Shown here: positions 37,109 to 44,817 of the stretch, piece by piece
Position numbering within the stretch: position 1 is the first letter of the stretch
Layout: each line of letters begins with the position of its first letter
Source: Nanobdellota archaeon
GTDB taxonomy: Archaea > Nanobdellota > Nanobdellia > Pacearchaeales > GW2011-AR1
Length of the DNA: 54,530 nucleotides
Reading direction: 5' to 3'
Assembly: GCA_038045405.1 (NCBI GenBank)
Contig: JBBSYF010000015.1
Location: forward strand, 1 to 54,530
Notes under the pieces: model-generated
Database searches by the model: none
What the model was told of the DNA's origin: nothing
What the model saw: only the letters and a program-made list of their open reading frames with translations
Translations under genes and position numbers: made by a program

Positions 37109-37117
37109 TTAATAAAG
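37109..37117 (+). promoter_or_regulatory. TATA-like box, leaderless-type spacing to the ATG at 37138
   Basis: TTAATAAAG is centred about 25 nt upstream of the ATG. The same 9-mer occurs at 25814-25822. Confidence 0.35.
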
Positions 37118-37137
37118 TTATTTCTGAATGTTATTAC

Positions 37138-37653
37138 ATGAAAAGAAGTGAAAAGGCTCTTGGTAAACAAGGAGCGATGGAAATGTCTTTTGGAATGATT
37201 TTTTCAATAATCTTAATTATCTTTTTTCTGTCTTTTGCCTTTTTCGGAATAAAGACTTTTTTAGGAATTCAAGACACTGCAAAAACAACTAAGTTTTTGA
37301 GTGATTTTAAAACGGATGTTGAGCAAGTGTGGAAAAGCCCGCAGGCATCTCAGGAAAAGGAATATACCCTTCCTTCGAAAAAAGAAAAGGTTTGCTTTGT
37401 TGATTTTTCGATTCCCGCGAAGGGGACTGACGGAGAAATTTACGGCGAGTTGAAAAGAGCATATTATGGAAAAGAGAATATGATATTTTATCCAGTAGTA
37501 TTTGAAGGCGTTGAATCTGTGCAGATTAGGTACATAGATTTGAGCACAATTACTGCAGATGCAAATCCTTTTTGTATTAAGAACGTTGATGGTGAGGTGA
37601 GTTTAAGATTAACAAAGGACTTCGCGGATGCATTAGTTACAATTACAAGGTAA
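37138..37653 (+). CDS. type IV prepilin-like protein (class III signal)
   Basis: MKRSEKALGKQG|AMEMSFGMIFSIILIIFFLSFAFFGI. Confidence 0.65.
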   Translation: MKRSEKALGKQGAMEMSFGMIFSIILIIFFLSFAFFGIKTFLGIQDTAKTTKFLSDFKTDVEQVWKSPQASQEKEYTLPSKKEKVCFVDFSIPAKGTDGEIYGELKRAYYGKENMIFYPVVFEGVESVQIRYIDLSTITADANPFCIKNVDGEVSLRLTKDFADALVTITR

Positions 37654-37700
37654 AGAGTAAGCGATAGTTTTAAATATCATACGATAATTAATAATATCAA

Positions 37701-38234
37701 ATGATAACAAAAAATATCAAAGAAAGGGTAAAAGAGCATTTTTTAAAGAATCCTTCATCAAAGCTAAGAGTCAGACAGATAGAACGAGAGTTAAAACTGC
37801 CTTTACCCTCAGTTATTAGGTATTGTAAGGAGCTTGAAAAAGAAGGCATTTTGAAAAAGACTGAGATATCTGAGACTGTTTTTTATTCTGCAGACAGGAC
37901 AAGCAAAAAGTTCATACTTGAAAAAAGGATTTTTAATATAAAGGAAATTTCTGATTCAGGATTGATTGAGTATCTTGTTAGTGAATATAGCAATCCAGTT
38001 ATAGTAATTTTTGGATCTTACTCGAAAGGAGAAGATACAGAAGAAAGTGATATAGACATTTATATAGAAACTCCGTCAAAAAAAGAGATAAAGATTGATA
38101 AGTTTGAGAAAATTCTCAGAAAAGAAATACAAATTTTTAAACAATCTAATCTTGTGCAGATTGAAAATAAACACTTAAGGAATAGTATAATAAATGGATT
38201 CTGCCTTAATAATTCATTAGAGGTATTCAAATGA
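37701..38234 (+). CDS. minimal nucleotidyltransferase (MNT) with N-terminal wHTH
   Basis: IVIFGSYSKGEDTEESDIDIYIE (GSx..Gx..SDxD) preceded by RVRQIERELKLPLPSVIRYCKELEKEGIL. Confidence 0.8.
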   Translation: MITKNIKERVKEHFLKNPSSKLRVRQIERELKLPLPSVIRYCKELEKEGILKKTEISETVFYSADRTSKKFILEKRIFNIKEISDSGLIEYLVSEYSNPVIVIFGSYSKGEDTEESDIDIYIETPSKKEIKIDKFEKILRKEIQIFKQSNLVQIENKHLRNSIINGFCLNNSLEVFK

Positions 38235-38683
38235 AAGATTCATCCTGGGAAGACTGCATTGAATCGAACTCTGCAATAAAGGTTACCCCAAATAAGCAAA
38301 AAGCTATGTCCTTAGTGGAGGTTGCTGAAGGCAGAATTAATGTTTTTAAGATGGATTTAAACGAAAAAACTGCTAATTACATTTTTGAAGACTATTACTC
38401 ATCAGTTTTAGAATTTGTCCAGGCAATAGTTTTTTTGAAGGGATATAAAGTGAATAACCATATTTGTCTAGGATTTTTTTTAAGAGATTTTCTAAAAAAA
38501 GAAGAATTGTTTAGGACTTTTGATGACTGCAGATTTAAAAGAAATTCCTTGATGTACTATGGAAAGAAGATGGATTTTGAAGTCGCGAAAGAAGCAATAA
38601 ATAAGTCTAAATCTTTACTTAGCGAGTTAAGGGTTATTTTAAAAGATGCTTTAAAATCAGAAAGGGGGAAAAATGAAAATTAA
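38231..38683 (+). CDS. HEPN-domain protein (partner of MNT)
   Basis: All-helical, 150 aa. The motif region is CRFKRNSLMYYG (RN...Y, with Tyr where many HEPN proteins have His). It overlaps MNT by 4 nt. Confidence 0.68.
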   Translation: MKDSSWEDCIESNSAIKVTPNKQKAMSLVEVAEGRINVFKMDLNEKTANYIFEDYYSSVLEFVQAIVFLKGYKVNNHICLGFFLRDFLKKEELFRTFDDCRFKRNSLMYYGKKMDFEVAKEAINKSKSLLSELRVILKDALKSERGKNEN

Positions 38684-39638
38684 CAAAACCCCTAAGAGGG
38701 CGCAGTTACAAGTTTCCTTTGCATGGATTTTCGCAATTATCGTCGGAGCATTTATTCTTTTTATTGCAATTTATAGTGCAACAAAAGTAGTAAAGACTGG
38801 AGATACTGGAGTAAGTGCAAAGGCAGGGAAAGAAATTTCTGCACTTTTAAATCCATTAGAGATAGGATTTGAAACAGGAGTTGTTATTTTATTAGCAGTT
38901 CCCGTAGAAACAAGAATCCATAATCAGTGCGATTCTTCGGGGAATTTTGGAAGGCAGGTAATAAAAGTGTCTCAAAAAAGTTTTAACACGTGGGCAGAAA
39001 CGGATGTAGAAGCCGGTTTCCCAAACAAGTTTATTTTCTCTGACGGCGTTGAAGAAGGAAGAAACTTTATTGTTTTTTCCAAGCCCTTTGAATTTCCGTT
39101 TAAAGTTTCAGATGTAATTTACATGACATCTTCAAACAAAAAATATTGTTTCTTCAAAGCACCGACAGAAATAAAAAAAGAGCTTCAGGGTTTAGGACAA
39201 GAAAATATCCTTGTTGAAAGCTTAGAGTGCCCTGAACAGAGTATAAAAGTTTGTTTCTCAGAAACTGTGGGCGCAGATTCTGGTTGTGATATCACTGTCG
39301 ATAAAATGCAAAGTTCTGTTGAGAAAAGGGGAGAGATGGTGTATTACGAAACTGATGCTTTGATGTATGCTGCTATTTTTTCAGATAAGGCAGTTTATGA
39401 ATGTCAAGTAAAGAGACTTATGAAAAGAACGGAACAGCTTTCTCTTTTATATGATGAAAAGAGGTCTTTGCTCTCCCAAAAAGGATGTCCAGATACTGTT
39501 GACCTTCAATCTTTAGCAAGTTCTGCTAATTCCATTACAAACTCTTCAACTTTGAGTTCACAAGATTTGTTTTCTGTTGCTATTACAGCAGATCAAGTAA
39601 ATAAACAAAATGATGCTGCGACGTGCACATTATGGTAA
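38673..39638 (+). CDS. type IV prepilin-like protein (class III signal)
   Basis: MKINKTPKRA|QLQVSFAWIFAIIVGAFILFIAIY. The start overlaps the HEPN gene by 11 nt. Confidence 0.6.
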   Translation: MKINKTPKRAQLQVSFAWIFAIIVGAFILFIAIYSATKVVKTGDTGVSAKAGKEISALLNPLEIGFETGVVILLAVPVETRIHNQCDSSGNFGRQVIKVSQKSFNTWAETDVEAGFPNKFIFSDGVEEGRNFIVFSKPFEFPFKVSDVIYMTSSNKKYCFFKAPTEIKKELQGLGQENILVESLECPEQSIKVCFSETVGADSGCDITVDKMQSSVEKRGEMVYYETDALMYAAIFSDKAVYECQVKRLMKRTEQLSLLYDEKRSLLSQKGCPDTVDLQSLASSANSITNSSTLSSQDLFSVAITADQVNKQNDAATCTLW

Positions 39639-39654
39639 CGAGATAAAATAAAAA

Positions 39655-40200
39655 ATGAAAAACCCCGCCCTAAAGGGCGAGGTATCGGATAAATAAAACA
39701 AACAAATGCAATCACAAATCGATTCAAGGTTGAGAAGAGTTAATGTAGTGAGCAACGGCTTCAGTAGTTGTGTTTCCGACGCTGCGAAAGAATTTTCCGG
39801 GACTCCAGAAATGTCCTTTTCGGAAATAATTTCTCAGCTAGGGATGTTTTTGCAACAAACAGAAAGCACTGTAACCTTTGAAAAGCTGAAGAGCTTTGCT
39901 GATGCTCATCGTGGGAGGAAGTTCAACGAAGAGATGGATGTGGTCAACAGCGACGTGAAGTTCATAGATTTTACACCCTTCACGATAAGCAACTTTTCTG
40001 ATAAAGAACTCACAGTCCATTCTAACTCCATAGAATTTCATAGGGTCCATAGCATATTTGCATTTCCACACGAAGTGGAAAGCATTTTGGCCGAAGCTAT
40101 GCTTTCTAGATTTCAAGTCCATTTTTCATCTCCTATAGCTCACGCTAAGTTTAGTTTAGTTTCAAGAGGGCTAGGAACTAACCCTAGCCTTTCTAGAAAT
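39655..40200 (-). mobile_element. IS200/IS605-family element (tnpA only), ends approximate
   Basis: A Y1 transposase gene is flanked by subterminal hairpins: CCCCGCCC-TAAA-GGGCGAGG (39663-39682) and GGCTAGG-AACTAAC-CCTAGCC (40169-40189). The region looks less AT-rich than its neighbours by eye. Confidence 0.6.
39724..40122 (-). pseudogene. tnpA: IS200-type Y1 transposase TnpA interrupted by one in-frame TAG
   Basis: ...HVAVDHIHLFVELPPTMSISKALQLFKGYSAFCLLQKHP-TAG(39838-39840)-LRNYFRKGHFWSPGKFFRSVGNTTTEAVAHYINSSQP. Both halves are in the same frame. Confidence 0.8.
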
Positions 40201-40420
40201 TCAAGACAATTAAATTTTGAGGGCAGCGATTCCTCCCAAAACTTAAAAGTTTGGGTATCCTCGCTGCAGATGTAATGAAAATGATAAAAAGTAAATTTTA
40301 TAAAGTTGAAAAATCTGTTTATTTTAGCAGTTTTAGGACTGTGAGTATGAGCCCCAGTAACTCAAAAGAGTTGCTGGATGTTTATTTTGTTTCTAAGTGT
40401 TTTAAGGAGGTTAATCTGTC

Positions 40421-40996
40421 GTGGAAAACACTTTAGTTTTTGTTGATGATGGTTTTTTTGGACTTGTTAAAAAACATTTACAAAAGAAAGATGGAAGAGG
40501 GAAAAAATATTTACAAACATTCCGAAATATATGCAAAAAAGAAAATTTGAACCTTAAACATTTATTTATTTATTCTGCGCCTCCTTATCAAAGTGCAAAA
40601 CCCACAGAATCAGAAAGATACTTAACAAGCCGGTATAATAGCATGATGAAAATGTTAAAGAACAAAAAGTGGGTAACAGTTAGAGAGGGGCGGTGTCAAA
40701 AAATCGTTGATGAAAATGGTAAAATAGATTATTCACAAAAAGGTGTTGATGCTCTTCTCATCTTAGATATGTATGATATAAAAGAACTGTATCCAGCGAT
40801 AAATAAAATAATTTTAATAGCTTCTGATTCAGATTTTGTCCCCGTAATTGAAAGAATGAAAAGCAAAGGAATAAAAATAATTCTTTACACTTATTTTGAT
40901 AGAATTAGAAGTTCTAAATTTTCTACCTCAAACCATCTTTTAGGGGTGGCGTCTAAATGGGTTAAACTAAATGAAAGTTTCTTTGAGAATACTTAA
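40421..40996 (+). CDS. NYN/LabA-like (PIN-fold) ribonuclease domain protein
   Basis: LVFVDDGFF, KGVDALLILDM and ILIASDSDFVPVIERMKSKGIKI. GTG start with AAGGAGG 8 nt upstream. Confidence 0.78.
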   Translation: MENTLVFVDDGFFGLVKKHLQKKDGRGKKYLQTFRNICKKENLNLKHLFIYSAPPYQSAKPTESERYLTSRYNSMMKMLKNKKWVTVREGRCQKIVDENGKIDYSQKGVDALLILDMYDIKELYPAINKIILIASDSDFVPVIERMKSKGIKIILYTYFDRIRSSKFSTSNHLLGVASKWVKLNESFFENT

Positions 40997-40999
40997 AAT

Positions 41000-41485
41000 A
41001 TGAAAATAAAACCGAAATATTTGTATCATGGAAGTGGAAGAAGATTGAGGGGGGATAAATTGATTCCGAAAAAAGCTAAAGAGCTGGATAAAAAAAACAA
41101 ACATAATGATTTCAAGGGAATTTATGCTTCTGATGTAAAAAACGAAGCTATTGCTATGGGAATCTTGAAGAGTAGAGGGGTTAAAGATTCAAGTTGTGGG
41201 TTTTATACAAAGCATGGCATTAAAGTTGAAGCAGTTATTTACTGGGGGTGGCCAGAACAAAAATGCTTTTATCTTTACACCTTACCTGCTGAAACATTTG
41301 AAAATAAACCAAGAGGTAGTCATCAATGGATTTCTTTTAAATCAATTAAGCCAATCAGAATAGAAAAATTGATTGTTAAAGATTATATTTATTTGATTAG
41401 GAAGGCAACTAAATTAGAAAAGAAAAATTGGATAAAAAAATATGGAAAAGGTGGTGAAAAAGATGATAAAAATAAAAAAAGATAA
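41000..41485 (+). CDS. hypothetical protein with a possible H-Y-E ADP-ribosyltransferase-like pattern
   Basis: YLYHGSG (H10), KGIYASD (Y42), KVEAVIYW (E77). This is a motif-level resemblance only. Confidence 0.45.
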   Translation: MKIKPKYLYHGSGRRLRGDKLIPKKAKELDKKNKHNDFKGIYASDVKNEAIAMGILKSRGVKDSSCGFYTKHGIKVEAVIYWGWPEQKCFYLYTLPAETFENKPRGSHQWISFKSIKPIRIEKLIVKDYIYLIRKATKLEKKNWIKKYGKGGEKDDKNKKR

Positions 41486-41756
41486 ATATTTAAGAAAAAG
41501 AGGTGGAACGGCAAAAGTAATAAAAGTTTCATGTGTTAACTGTGGATGTCAAATATTTGTTTATCAGAAAGACGGACCTGGATGGTTAAAAAGATGTTAT
41601 TTAAACAGAATTATTGAGCCGAAAAAAGAGGAGTATCCTGAAAAATTAAAGTGTAAATGTGGTGAATTAATTGGTTCTATGACAAAGCACAAAGATGGGA
41701 GGTTGGCTTATAGTTTGATTAGAGGTAAATTCAAAAGAGTAAATTACAAAGAATGA
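41442..41756 (+). CDS. zinc-ribbon protein, unknown function
   Basis: CVNCGC...CKCGE cysteine pairs. It overlaps both neighbours, and the start may be Met8 (41463). Confidence 0.45.
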   Translation: MEKVVKKMIKIKKDKYLRKRGGTAKVIKVSCVNCGCQIFVYQKDGPGWLKRCYLNRIIEPKKEEYPEKLKCKCGELIGSMTKHKDGRLAYSLIRGKFKRVNYKE

Positions 41757-42277
41757 TAAAATCTAAATCGGGACAAATGAAAATACAACAAATGGCTTTC
41801 ATGCTTATAGCCGTGACTGTTTTCTTTGCACTTGTTGGAATGTTTGTTCTTACAATTGTATTCTCAAATATGAAAGCATCCGCGGCCGTTCTTGAAGAAA
41901 AGAATGCATTGCTTCTCGCGTCGAGATTAGCAAACAGTCCAGAGTTTAGATGCGGAAATGCTTTTGGAACAGAGAGGGCGAATTGTGTTGATTTCGATAA
42001 AGTAATGGCTTTGAAAAAAGGTATAAAGAAGTACTCTCAGGCTGGTTTTTGGGGAGTTTCAAAGATAGAGATAATAAAGATTTATCCTACGGGTGCGAGT
42101 AGCAATGTGCTTTGCACTTTAGAAAATTATCCTGAATGTGGAAGGATAGAGATTCTTCCTGCTGGCGAAGGCACAGGAGTTTCAAATTTCATTGTTTTAT
42201 GTAGAAAAGAGTATAACGGAGGGCAAGTTCAAAATGTATGTGAGTTGGCAAAGATAGTAATAACATACAAAGGATAA
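41753..42277 (+). CDS. type IV prepilin-like protein (class III signal)
   Basis: MIKSKSG|QMKIQQMAFMLIAVTVFFALVGMFVL. Confidence 0.6.
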   Translation: MIKSKSGQMKIQQMAFMLIAVTVFFALVGMFVLTIVFSNMKASAAVLEEKNALLLASRLANSPEFRCGNAFGTERANCVDFDKVMALKKGIKKYSQAGFWGVSKIEIIKIYPTGASSNVLCTLENYPECGRIEILPAGEGTGVSNFIVLCRKEYNGGQVQNVCELAKIVITYKG

Positions 42278-42278
42278 G

Positions 42279-42836
42279 ATGAAAATGGGAGATGAAAATA
42301 TAAAAAAGGAAGGGCTTAGAAGCATAAGAGAATTTGAAATGGCTTGGAATGAGTTCTTTAAAGACAAGCCAGAACCAAAAAACGACGACGAAGATAGAAA
42401 ACAGCAAGAAGAGTTTCATAATTGGTATAACCATGTTAGAAAACAAAGTGATACTGGAAAAACTCCTGCTGAAATGTATAAAGAAATTTATGGTAAAGAG
42501 CCACCAAAAAACAATCAAGAGTCAAGTAGGGTAATGAATTTTGGGTGGGATGAAGGTTATAATGAAGATGATTTTGACGAGGGAGATAAATTAGATGATG
42601 CTGAAGAAGAAGCAGTTGGTATTGCTACTAAAATATTTGAAGATAGTTGGAAAAGAATAAAGCGAGAGGTGGAAGGGGTTAGCAAAAAAGAGATATGTAA
42701 GTATTCGTTTATCTTGGGATTTTTAGACTACATGAAAATGATGGATAAGAAGATGGAGATAATTAAAAAAGGGATGAAAAGTATGTCTAAGAAAGACATT
42801 CAAGAAATACTTGACAAATTAAATGAAAATAAATAA
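42279..42836 (+). CDS. acidic hypothetical cytoplasmic protein
   Basis: 185 aa, D/E-rich centre, no TM helix. It starts 2 nt after the previous stop. Confidence 0.45.
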   Translation: MKMGDENIKKEGLRSIREFEMAWNEFFKDKPEPKNDDEDRKQQEEFHNWYNHVRKQSDTGKTPAEMYKEIYGKEPPKNNQESSRVMNFGWDEGYNEDDFDEGDKLDDAEEEAVGIATKIFEDSWKRIKREVEGVSKKEICKYSFILGFLDYMKMMDKKMEIIKKGMKSMSKKDIQEILDKLNENK

Positions 42837-42908
42837 TGTGATAAACAAAATGGAAAAAGAAACTGTTAATAGTAAAAAGTTGTTTAAGTTAAAAGTAGTG
42901 GTTTAAAT

Positions 42909-43406
42909 ATGGACATAAAACGCAGTAAATTAAAGAAAAAAGGGCAAGAAGAGATAGTGGGCTTCGCGCTGATAATTATAATTGCTACAGTTATGATTCT
43001 TTTCTTGCTTAGTTTTTCACTAAGAAGCAGCAAGAAGGAGAATGTTGAAAGCCCAGAACTCACAAGCTTTGTTCAGGCTTCATTGCAATATACAACTACT
43101 TGTGAAGTAAATTCTAATAACCTTTCAGTTCAGAACCTTGTTTTTGAGTGTATTGATAATGGACTTTGTTCGGACAATAGAGACAGTTGTGCAGTTCTTA
43201 ACTCTACTCTGGCAGGGATTGTTGGAGAAGGCTGGAAAGTGGGCTTGGACAGGCCGGTAAAGGGTTATGAACTCTTAGTTAGGGGGAATAATAACAGTAT
43301 TGTAGCAATAAGTGAGGGTAATGTAACCGCGAACTATAAGGGAGCGTTACAGGATCTTGCAAGGGGTTCAAGTTCCATAGAAATCACGCTTAAGATTTAT
43401 TACTGA
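42909..43406 (+). CDS. type IV prepilin-like protein (class III signal)
   Basis: MDIKRSKLKKKG|QEEIVGFALIIIIATVMILFLL. Confidence 0.6.
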   Translation: MDIKRSKLKKKGQEEIVGFALIIIIATVMILFLLSFSLRSSKKENVESPELTSFVQASLQYTTTCEVNSNNLSVQNLVFECIDNGLCSDNRDSCAVLNSTLAGIVGEGWKVGLDRPVKGYELLVRGNNNSIVAISEGNVTANYKGALQDLARGSSSIEITLKIYY

Positions 43407-43429
43407 GTATAATTAGGATTTGAAGAACT

Positions 43430-43798
43430 TTATTTCACAAATTCTACATTCTCTAGGTTTTCAAATTCTTTATCTCCAGTAAGGAATTTTATTCCTAGCT
43501 TTTTTGACATTACATAACTAATGCAGTCTGTCATTGAAACGCCACTGTCTTTCCATTTAAGTCTAAATTCCATAGCTTCTTTTATCCATTCTGGCTTTGC
43601 GTGAAGTATTGCCGACTTTAATCTATCGGTAATTTCACCAGAGTTTTTTGCTTTATCCCTTGCTAAGCTGTAGCATAGTTCTGCAAAAATAAAATCATTG
43701 ATTATAGTGTTCTTTTCAGTATATTTAAGATAATTTGGATTTTTATCAATAATTTCCATTAGAGCATAGGTGTCGAAAAGAAATGTGTCTTCACTCAT
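43430..43798 (-). CDS. vapC: PIN-domain toxin VapC
   Basis: FLFDTYALMEI (N-terminal acidic PIN motif), about 120 aa. It overlaps the antitoxin by 8 nt. Confidence 0.78.
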   Translation of the reverse strand: MSEDTFLFDTYALMEIIDKNPNYLKYTEKNTIINDFIFAELCYSLARDKAKNSGEITDRLKSAILHAKPEWIKEAMEFRLKWKDSGVSMTDCISYVMSKKLGIKFLTGDKEFENLENVEFVK

Positions 43799-44018
43799 TG
43801 TAAAGCTCTTTATCTGCTTCTTTAAGAAGTTGACTTATTGGTTTACTAAACTTATGGCTTCCAAAAATCTCTCTTAATACGTTGCCCTTTTGACTTTTTT
43901 TCAAAAGAACGCTTATTTCATCACCATTTTTCATTTCCTGTTGCTGAGCAATACCCAAAGGTATAACTATTCCAAAAGAATTTCCCCATTTTTGCAACTT
44001 AGTTTTTATTTCTATCAT
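43791..44018 (-). CDS. vapB: AbrB/SpoVT-fold antitoxin VapB
   Basis: KLQKWGNSFGIVIPLGIAQQQEMKNGDEISV (swapped-hairpin motif). Confidence 0.78.
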   Translation of the reverse strand: MIEIKTKLQKWGNSFGIVIPLGIAQQQEMKNGDEISVLLKKSQKGNVLREIFGSHKFSKPISQLLKEADKELYNE

Positions 44019-44035
44019 GTATATACCGTATATAC
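44019..44035. promoter_or_regulatory. tandem palindromic 8-mers (GTATATAC-C-GTATATAC), probable vapBC operator/TATA
   Basis: It lies immediately upstream of the vapB start on the minus strand. Confidence 0.45.
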
Positions 44036-44062
44036 AGAAGTATTTAAATCTTTCTTTAGATT

Positions 44063-44413
44063 TTAAATCTTAATGTGGATTGTAACCGTATCAACAACAA
44101 TTGTCGGTTTGTGTCTAATCCTATTCTTTGTCTTTTCTTCAGAAAGTTCAATAAAACCAAACCTTTCAAGAAGCTTTAGATCATCAGATACTGGCTTGAA
44201 TTTCCTTCCAAGTTTCTTGGCAAGGTCATAAATTGAGCCTGGGTTTTGAGTCTTTATGACGTTAAGCATCCTTGCTTTTTCATTGCTTAGAAGGTGCCTT
44301 AGAGCAGAGATTCCTTCAAAATCATAGTCCTTTTTGGAGGTGCTTGACTTCTTAAAAATAGAGAAAGCTCCCTTCGATTCTATGATGGTTATTTCCCTTG
44401 TTTTTACTACCAT
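44063..44413 (-). CDS. winged-helix transcriptional regulator
   Basis: LSNEKARMLNVIKTQNPGSIYDLAKKLGRKFKPVSDDLKLLERFGFIEL. Confidence 0.6.
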   Translation of the reverse strand: MVVKTREITIIESKGAFSIFKKSSTSKKDYDFEGISALRHLLSNEKARMLNVIKTQNPGSIYDLAKKLGRKFKPVSDDLKLLERFGFIELSEEKTKNRIRHKPTIVVDTVTIHIKI

Positions 44414-44552
44414 TTTGTGTGTGTTTTGTCCGTTTTTTGTCTATGTTCTAGATATCTACAAATTTAAGGTATATATAACCAAATAAATAGCCTATATTAA
44501 TAAAGATTATGGTTCTAACATCTCTTGTTATAGTGTTCACAGGGCAGTAACA

Positions 44553-44568
44553 CCAAAGGCTTTATAAG
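44553..44568 (+). promoter_or_regulatory. candidate BRE/TATA of the S-layer gene (implies a ~220-nt leader)
   Basis: CCAAAGGC-TTTATAAG. A strong RBS AAGGAGGT lies about 20 nt before the ATG at 44818. Confidence 0.35.
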
Positions 44569-44817
44569 TAAAACCTCCAAAAACATCGTTTTCCGTGAGT
44601 AAAGACACCCGTAGAACAACAAGCTTTTTAAACGGAAAAAGGTTTTCATTCTTACACCGACAACACTTAACCTGTTTAAGTGTTTCTAATAGGGAATTAG
44701 GAAGGTTATCATATTCACATGACGAGATGGCTTACCCTATAGCTGTCAAGTTGGTGAAAGTTGTCCTTGACGACTCTTAATAGAGTTGAAAGGAGGTTTG
44801 AAAAGAGATAAAAAAAT

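Noticed and set aside
39838-39840. Genome-wide TAG reassignment as the explanation for the in-frame amber codon in tnpA.
   Set aside because: TAG terminates well-supported genes in this window at sensible protein ends, for example the S-layer gene at 47167-47169 and DoxX at 13985-13987.
39706-40275. 189-aa plus-strand ORF.
   Set aside because: It is the antisense shadow of the IS200 tnpA gene. The minus strand carries unmistakable Y1 transposase motifs (DHIHLFV, KGYSA, GNTTTEAVAHYI).
44595-44780. 61-aa ORF upstream of the S-layer gene.
   Set aside because: It starts at GTG without an RBS and lies in the presumed leader. Its composition is unlike that of neighbouring proteins.
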